Positions 58,669 to 64,000 of a DNA stretch of 64,000 nucleotides are shown here, in pieces (the first letter of the stretch is position 1; each line of letters starts with the position of its first letter). Origin of the DNA: an uncultured Oligoflexales bacterium (GTDB lineage: Bacteria; Bdellovibrionota_B; Oligoflexia; Oligoflexales; Oligoflexaceae); NCBI GenBank assembly GCA_964404325.1, contig CAYOJQ010000003.1, positions 64,857 through 128,856 on the forward strand, given 5' to 3'. The notes beneath the pieces are model-generated. The model searched no databases. It saw only the letters and a program-made list of their open reading frames with translations, and was not told the DNA's origin. The position numbers and the translations under genes were made by a program.

Positions 58669-59454
58669 ATGGAAACGTTTGGATATGTCGCGATGCTTTT
58701 CGTCGGGGTGACTCTCGGCCTGTTGGGTGGCGGCGGTGCGATCCTCACGGTTCCCATTCTTGTCTATCTTTTTAAAACGACTCCCGTGGTGGCGACAGGA
58801 TATTCCCTATTTATCGTCTCGGTTTCGAGCATTTTTGGAGTCTTTCGCTATCATCGCGCCTCATTGGTGGATTACCGCGTGGCGGTGCTGTTCGCGGTGC
58901 CATCGTTTTTGGGAACGTTGGTGGTGCGCCGGCTCTTTCTGCCAAGTCTCCCGGAAATCATTCTTGAGATGGGGGCATTTGATCTGACGAAAGGTGAGCT
59001 TGTGATGACGGTGTTTGCGCTCGTCATGATCGGCACATCGTTCTCCATGATTCGCAACAAGAGTTCAGGGGCGAGAGCTCAACGACCAAATCCACTCGGC
59101 GTGGCGGTTCTTGGTGTGTTGGTTGGCGCGGTGGCGGGGTTTGTTGGCGCTGGCGGCGGTTTTTTGATCGTTCCCGCGTTGGTGTTGTTTGCAAAATTAC
59201 CCATGACCACGGCGGTGGGTACATCACTTCTAATTATTTCCGCCAATTCCATGGTGGGATTTTTAGGAGATCCCCATGCAGCACAGCATGCGGATTGGAA
59301 CGTGCTTTTAGCCATCACGGGCGTGGCTTCGGTCGGTATTTTTTTAGGAACCTACGGGGCAAAACACGTGGATCCCGCAAAGTTAAAGCCCATGTTCGGA
59401 TGGTTCGTCCTCATCATGGGCGGTTCGGTGCTTTTAACGCAGCTGCTTACTTAG
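58669..59454 (+). CDS. TauE/SafE-family sulfite/organosulfonate exporter
   Basis: 8 TM helices and duplicated GGGAILTVPIL / GAGGGFLIVPAL motifs characteristic of TauE/SafE. Confidence 0.85.
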   Translation: METFGYVAMLFVGVTLGLLGGGGAILTVPILVYLFKTTPVVATGYSLFIVSVSSIFGVFRYHRASLVDYRVAVLFAVPSFLGTLVVRRLFLPSLPEIILEMGAFDLTKGELVMTVFALVMIGTSFSMIRNKSSGARAQRPNPLGVAVLGVLVGAVAGFVGAGGGFLIVPALVLFAKLPMTTAVGTSLLIISANSMVGFLGDPHAAQHADWNVLLAITGVASVGIFLGTYGAKHVDPAKLKPMFGWFVLIMGGSVLLTQLLT

Positions 59455-59487
59455 ATTACGGTTCGACAATAAGTAGAATGCTGCTAC

Positions 59488-60102
59488 TTATTTTATCGCC
59501 TTACCTTGGTAGAGAAAGCCATGTGTTTTTGGCGTGCGACGGAGATAGGACGTTTTCACCGTGGTAAGCCGCAGTGGAGACGCTTTGATGGCATCGTCGA
59601 TCTTACGGTTTAAGTTGCAGCCGCCACAGAGTTTCTTCTGCAATCCATTGAGACGATTTTGCCAACGCGCGGTGTTCTGATCATCGGAACTGCCGTGTTC
59701 AAGAAATAAGAGTGTACCCGTAGTCTTTAGAACGCGGGCCGCTTCGCGCAGTGTCTGGTCTATATCATCAACCGTGCAGAGAGTGAAACTGATCACGACG
59801 GTATCAACACTCTCGCTAGGAAGTGTCAGTTGTTGTCCATCTGTTCCCACCTTTTCCACGCTGAATGAAACATTATCGATGGCCTTCTGCGCCAAACCGA
59901 TCGCTGTTTCTGACGGCTCCACTATCAATAGCTTTTCTAGATGAGCTGGATAGAAGGGGAGGTTGGTTCCGCTACCAAAACCAATTTCAAGTGTGACACC
60001 CTTCGCGTCTTGCAGCAGCTCGGCGCGATACGCGCCGATATCTTCGCTGCTGCATATTAAGTCAATGAGACGTGGCAATATGTGGCGTTCGTAGATTCCC
60101 AT
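59488..60102 (-). CDS. Class I SAM-dependent methyltransferase (Methyltransf_11-like)
   Basis: Motif I LEIGFGSGTNL and the post-I acidic residue pattern. About 200 aa. Confidence 0.8.
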   Translation of the reverse strand: MGIYERHILPRLIDLICSSEDIGAYRAELLQDAKGVTLEIGFGSGTNLPFYPAHLEKLLIVEPSETAIGLAQKAIDNVSFSVEKVGTDGQQLTLPSESVDTVVISFTLCTVDDIDQTLREAARVLKTTGTLLFLEHGSSDDQNTARWQNRLNGLQKKLCGGCNLNRKIDDAIKASPLRLTTVKTSYLRRTPKTHGFLYQGKAIK

Positions 60103-60185
60103 TTTTTATCCCGATGTCGTTTCCCAAATTAAAAAGAGCCTAAACGCATCCCATGGGATTTTGAAAGAGAAGATTTACGCATTCA

Positions 60186-60221
60186 ACAAAAAAAGCCGGG
60201 ATGAAACCCGGCTTCTTTTTT
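60186..60221 (-). terminator. Rho-independent terminator after the small lipoprotein gene
   Basis: aagccggg atgaaa cccggctt, with T-runs on both strands. On the minus strand it follows the stop at 60239. Confidence 0.8.
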
Positions 60222-60238
60222 GTCATACGGTAAAAAGA

Positions 60239-60424
60239 CTAAGGCTGGACCTCAATCTTCCAATTGGCGCTATCCTGAAAGTTCAGTCCATCCCACGAGA
60301 AGGTATTCGAGCTATCCGTCGTCGTTCCCTTTTTTTCCGCGAAAGTTCTTCGTGTGATGCCCTGAGATCCTTTGCAGGAACCCAACAAAGCCATCGCACA
60401 GAAAATGATAACGAGGCGCTTCAT
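60239..60424 (-). CDS. Small lipoprotein (61 aa) translationally coupled to the metalloprotease gene
   Basis: MKRLVIIFCAMALLGSC lipobox. Its ATG overlaps the upstream stop by 4 nt, and a terminator follows immediately. Confidence 0.5.
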   Translation of the reverse strand: MKRLVIIFCAMALLGSCKGSQGITRRTFAEKKGTTTDSSNTFSWDGLNFQDSANWKIEVQP

Positions 60425-61398
60425 TTGTTTTCCTTCCCGCGTAGGCTTAGGGAAACGGTAGAGAGGACCGCATCATTCACTCCCAAACCCAACAAAGTAT
60501 ATTGTTCGCCGCTTACTGGAGAAACTTTCTCCTGGCTTTTGTAAATGACACGCACGGCACTTTTTCTGAATTCACTGAACGTCAGCCTTTTTGCGCTGCC
60601 GCTGATGCATTCGTCTTTTGTGCCCGCGCATGCTGTAACCTTTTGAACGGAATTGGGAGCTGAAATGTAAAAATAGGTAGCGGTGGCAGAGATATCTTCA
60701 ATGGCCATATAGAGATTAGATGATGAGTCCGATGCGGGAACATCGCTGCCGGGTGGCGTGGGAGAGTTTGGGTCTTCGGGAGTGGTGCCTCCCGTCTGCG
60801 ATGCGAGAAAATCTTTCCACACTTTGTTGGCGGCAATATCTGGACGATTGACGAGGTTGGTGAGGCCATCGATGTCGTCTTGCTGCAGGTTGTCCTCGTA
60901 CCATTTCATTACAGCTTTAGTTGGCATTTGCGCGGACATGTGTCCCGTGTCACAGAAACTCAATCCTTCTTGATATTGATCGCACATGCCCCAAAGATGA
61001 CCAGTTTCATGCAGAAGAAGCTGAGCGATGGGGATGGTGTTTGCCTCGCTACATAGGTGCACCGTGAGTGAAGCAGGATCAGCCCAAGCGGTGCCACCAC
61101 AGCTGGATGTTTTCACTGTAACCGTGATGGTTGCTTTTGGATCGGCGTCACATGTCACAAACGTAAGATATGCGCTTCGACCAATCGCGGCCGCCCACTT
61201 CTTAAGTCCAGCGACGGCGTGCGTTTGTTGTTCACCGCAGACCTCAATTACGCTGTTGGGGGGCGCGCTAATGAGCCAAATGGCTGGATCGTATTGCGTG
61301 GTTTTAAGATGTCCCCACTTTAATTCCGAACCCTCTTCACTTGGATTGCGGCAAGCGAACAACAAGAAGATTGTTGTAAGAACCAGTCTAAGATGCAT
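60421..61398 (-). CDS. Zinc metalloprotease lipoprotein with a snapalysin-like HExxHxxGxxD motif
   Basis: Lipobox IFLLFAC. LLLHETGHLWGMCDQY resembles the M7 snapalysin motif HETGHVLGLPDHY. The C-terminal half is of unknown fold. Confidence 0.65.
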   Translation of the reverse strand: MHLRLVLTTIFLLFACRNPSEEGSELKWGHLKTTQYDPAIWLISAPPNSVIEVCGEQQTHAVAGLKKWAAAIGRSAYLTFVTCDADPKATITVTVKTSSCGGTAWADPASLTVHLCSEANTIPIAQLLLHETGHLWGMCDQYQEGLSFCDTGHMSAQMPTKAVMKWYEDNLQQDDIDGLTNLVNRPDIAANKVWKDFLASQTGGTTPEDPNSPTPPGSDVPASDSSSNLYMAIEDISATATYFYISAPNSVQKVTACAGTKDECISGSAKRLTFSEFRKSAVRVIYKSQEKVSPVSGEQYTLLGLGVNDAVLSTVSLSLRGKENK

Positions 61399-61680
61399 TT
61401 TTGAACCGTTAAGAAGGGAAATGGCTTTCCAGTCTTATCGGTACGTTAAGGGTAAAACTTTATCCTGGAAGTGCAGAGTCTAGGCCCTGGTTGTGGGAGG
61501 AAGAGCTCTTTGATTTCAGGCGGTTTTGGTGTCCGAAACTATGGATGACTTGGTGTCGCTTTTCGAGAGCAGACTTTTCGTTGCATTGCTTATCATCAGG
61601 ACAAAGGCAATTCGGTTAATTAGATTTTTATGATTGCATTTTTCGAATGCTGACTTCGGTATTAAGAAATCGCGAATATT

Positions 61681-61858
61681 AGTTTTACTTTCTTCTTAAG
61701 TTCAACTCGCGACCGTCCGTTAAAATCTTATGCGGCTTGTTCAATCTCTGCAAAATTCAAACATTACACTGTACTTTTTGAAGGTACACATGCGTGTCCT
61801 GAAGTTGAGAACGATAGTTTTTTCTTTTTCTTAAGTTCAACTCGAGGCCGTCCGTTTA
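61681..61858 (+). repeat. Two copies of an approximately 42-bp direct repeat, 135 bp apart, in the long intergenic region upstream of the repeat-lipoprotein genes
   Basis: Copy A (61681-61722) is agttttactttcttcttaagttcaactcgcgaccgtccgtta. Copy B (61816-61858) is agttttttctttttcttaagttcaactcgaggccgtccgttta. The 29-bp core is 26/29 identical. Confidence 0.9.
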
Positions 61859-61890
61859 GAGGATCAAGTATTCACGGAGGCTTTACTCAC

Positions 61891-63075
61891 ATGCGGGTTT
61901 TTGCACTTCTCATCCTTACAATGGCTACGGCTTGCGATAGCGCGCTGGATGTTAAAGTTTCCGGAGCCGCGGCTACAAACATTGTTGGTGCTGAAGACTG
62001 CTTCGACCCTGACTTGCATCGCATCGCCACGGATGTGTCAGTATCCCTCTGTGATGGATCGCGTGCGAATGGACTGATGGATCTGAGTAACCTGATGCCG
62101 GAGAATATTGTCGAAGGGAAAATCATTGCTAATGTTGTCGAAGCCGCAAAAATTCAGTCGACGGGAACGGTAACACCGTCTCCCTCTAACTGTACCGCCG
62201 ACGGTGAAGTGGGGTGTGTGACAACATCTTCTTATCGCGCGGCGAATATGACGAACGTTATCCCAAGTAACATTAAAGATTCTGTTGTCATTGCCGGCGT
62301 AACGGGTGCACTCACGGGCGCGCCAGTCAATTGCGCGAGCAATGGCGAGATGGGATGTATTACGACAGCAACATTCAAAGCGGCTGATCTATCCAATCTC
62401 GTATCTGGGAGTATCAAGAACGGTGTGACTATTGCTGGCATGGCGGGAACGTATCCTTCTCTTGCTACTCCATTAGTCGGTTCTAGTGGTATTTCTGATC
62501 TAACAAGCTTGGATGCGACAACGCCGGCTGGAAGCTACGAATTCTTTGACTCAACGGGCGCACGTTATACGGGCACGGTCGCCGATGCGGGGTCTGTAAT
62601 CCCTGGGACAAGCGATCAGACGTTTAATGCCGGAATTTATCGCGGCTTCACTGTTGCTGGTGACAGTGATTTAAGTGCCGTCAATATCAAATCCGGCGTG
62701 CAGATTTTCGGCGCGACGGGAACACTTGCCCCAGCGCCGAGTAACTGTTCTGTCAATGCTGAAGTAGGTTGCGTAACAACCGCAACGTTTAAAGCCGCTG
62801 ATCTTTCGAATCTCACTGCAGGCAATATCAAACCGACTCTCTTTGAAACGGATACAAGCTCCGGAACCGGTGAGGGATATCCGTGGGACGATACCCCCGC
62901 ATGGGCTTTAGGTTCTGGCGTACCGAGTCATCCGAGTGGTCCTACATGGACAGCTACGCCTGAACCGGGTGACGCCACTTACTACTGGATGTGGCACAAC
63001 GGGGACTCATCTTACGGTGGCTACAACGAAGGGCACTATCCGATGTGTTCTTCCTTAAAAGAACACATCTCCTAA
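61891..63075 (+). CDS. Lipoprotein built from repeated Cys-pair modules (paralog 1), with a distinct W/Y/G-rich C-terminal domain
   Basis: Lipobox LTMATAC. A module C-x2-(D/N)G-E-x-GC-(V/I)TT-x2-(F/Y)(K/R)AA(D/N)(L/M)(S/T)N(L/V)-x3-(N/S)IK-x-(G/S)V-x-IAG-x-x-G occurs three times, the last copy cut short after NIK. The protein ends in YYWMWHNGDSSYGGYNEGHYPMC. Confidence 0.7.
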   Translation: MRVFALLILTMATACDSALDVKVSGAAATNIVGAEDCFDPDLHRIATDVSVSLCDGSRANGLMDLSNLMPENIVEGKIIANVVEAAKIQSTGTVTPSPSNCTADGEVGCVTTSSYRAANMTNVIPSNIKDSVVIAGVTGALTGAPVNCASNGEMGCITTATFKAADLSNLVSGSIKNGVTIAGMAGTYPSLATPLVGSSGISDLTSLDATTPAGSYEFFDSTGARYTGTVADAGSVIPGTSDQTFNAGIYRGFTVAGDSDLSAVNIKSGVQIFGATGTLAPAPSNCSVNAEVGCVTTATFKAADLSNLTAGNIKPTLFETDTSSGTGEGYPWDDTPAWALGSGVPSHPSGPTWTATPEPGDATYYWMWHNGDSSYGGYNEGHYPMCSSLKEHIS

Positions 63076-63154
63076 CTCATTTCAGGATTTCTGTTTGGAT
63101 ACTTTTTCGTCGCTGGTCGCTCCGGTAGACGTGCCCAAAGAAGGTGAGGGAAAG

Positions 63155-64000
63155 ATGAAATCTCTGTTGTTACTATTTTGGACGGCCTTTGCTGTTGCGT
63201 CGTGCGATAGCAATCTTGCTGTTCACACTTCAGAGGCCCCCGCTTCGCTGGCCGATGGGAAGAAGATTGAGGGCGAGAGTGAGAGTCCTCTCCCTAAAAC
63301 TGCAAAATTTAACACCGTCGACTGCGTAGATCCTCGTTTGAGCGAGGTGCCGACAACTGTCACGCTGACGCTTTGCAACGGAGAATTGGCGCAAGGCCAG
63401 TTGGATCTTTCCGGCGTGGTTCCTGAGAATATTAAGGCAGGGATGATCATTGCCGGGGTGACTGGGGCAGCCCTATTGGAAAGCCATTCCGATTGCAGCG
63501 CTGACGGTGCCGCACAATGTGTCGTTGACGGGACGGCATACAGAGCCGCCGCCATGACGAATGTTCTCGCTAACAATATCAAATCAGGTGTCACGATTGC
63601 CGGTGTTTCTGGTTCGGCGAGTGTGGAGCTTCATGGCAATTGCTCCTCGGACGGAGAGACTGGCTGCGTTGCCACGGCAGCCTATGCCGCTGCCGATATG
63701 AGTCAGGTGACGGCCGGCAACATTCGAAACGGCGTGACTATTGCCGGCCGGGCGGGGACATATCCTTCCGCGTCTACTCCCCTGGCGAATGCAACGCCCA
63801 CGACTGACCTGACCAGCCTCGCTGCGACGACCGCGGTGGGAACGTACGAGTTTTTCGATTCAACTGGCGCGCGCCACACAGGCGCCATCGCTGATGCCGG
63901 GACAATCACGCCAAGCGGTGTGGATCAGGTCTTTAACTCATCGCTTTACCGCGAGTTCACGGTTTCAGGAGACAGCGATCTCAACGTCGCCAATATCAAA
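63155..64000 (+). CDS. Lipoprotein built from repeated Cys-pair modules (paralog 2, 3' end outside the window)
   Basis: My own translation from the ATG at 63155 (RBS GGTGAGGG) gives MKSLLLLFWTAFAVASC..., and the frame is open for 282 codons to the window end. It is colinear with paralog 1: DC.DP.L, LC.G, DLS...PENI, Cys-pair modules, TYPS..TPL, YEFFDSTGAR.TG..ADAG, GDSDL...NIK. It is absent from the ORF track because it is unterminated. Confidence 0.75.
   Translation, partial: MKSLLLLFWTAFAVASCDSNLAVHTSEAPASLADGKKIEGESESPLPKTAKFNTVDCVDPRLSEVPTTVTLTLCNGELAQGQLDLSGVVPENIKAGMIIAGVTGAALLESHSDCSADGAAQCVVDGTAYRAAAMTNVLANNIKSGVTIAGVSGSASVELHGNCSSDGETGCVATAAYAAADMSQVTAGNIRNGVTIAGRAGTYPSASTPLANATPTTDLTSLAATTAVGTYEFFDSTGARHTGAIADAGTITPSGVDQVFNSSLYREFTVSGDSDLNVANIK

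Overview
This is a 64-kb, roughly 50% GC, gene-dense chromosomal segment with about 65 protein genes. I found no rRNA, tRNA, CRISPR array, transposase, integrase or prophage signature. Most of it is core metabolism and envelope functions.

The main blocks are:
- glyQS (5' part only) and ahcY.
- A cobalamin-riboswitch-controlled btuB-btuF-btuC-btuD uptake operon, divergent from glpX.
- An rluA / methyltransferase / MazG operon joined by ATGA overlaps.
- Class III alcohol dehydrogenase.
- A contiguous 12-gene respiratory block: Alternative Complex III actABCDEF, one unknown single-pass membrane gene, SCO1, and a caa3-type oxidase ctaC-D-E-F.
- yciH, an AlkC-like repair protein, and an EEP-phosphatase/cardiolipin-synthase pair.
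- An ABC-F ATPase.
- A sigma-54-driven sulfur module: rhodanese, two YeeE/YedE-type proteins, persulfide-dioxygenase-like MBL, an activator lacking a sensor domain, and TauE.

About 15 predicted lipoproteins are interspersed. Many have low-complexity N-terminal tethers, and several are secreted hydrolases: a PLD, an S1 protease, a snapalysin-like metalloprotease, a glucosaminidase and a lipase-like protein. Gene content and style fit a Bdellovibrio-like (Bdellovibrionota) genome, but that is inference only.

I do not see a clear-cut novel multi-gene system such as a defence island. The best candidates for follow-up are:
1. The tandem paralogous lipoproteins built from a Cys-pair repeat at the 3' end of the window, with a duplicated leader upstream.
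2. The composite inverted-repeat/tandem-repeat element at 23.5 kb and its scattered motif relatives.
3. The autoregulated sigma-54 sulfur operon with a domain-minimal activator.
4. The translationally coupled rluA-methyltransferase-mazG trio.
5. An outer-membrane barrel gene interrupted by a single in-frame TGA.

All family assignments come from motif recognition by eye. No database search was run.
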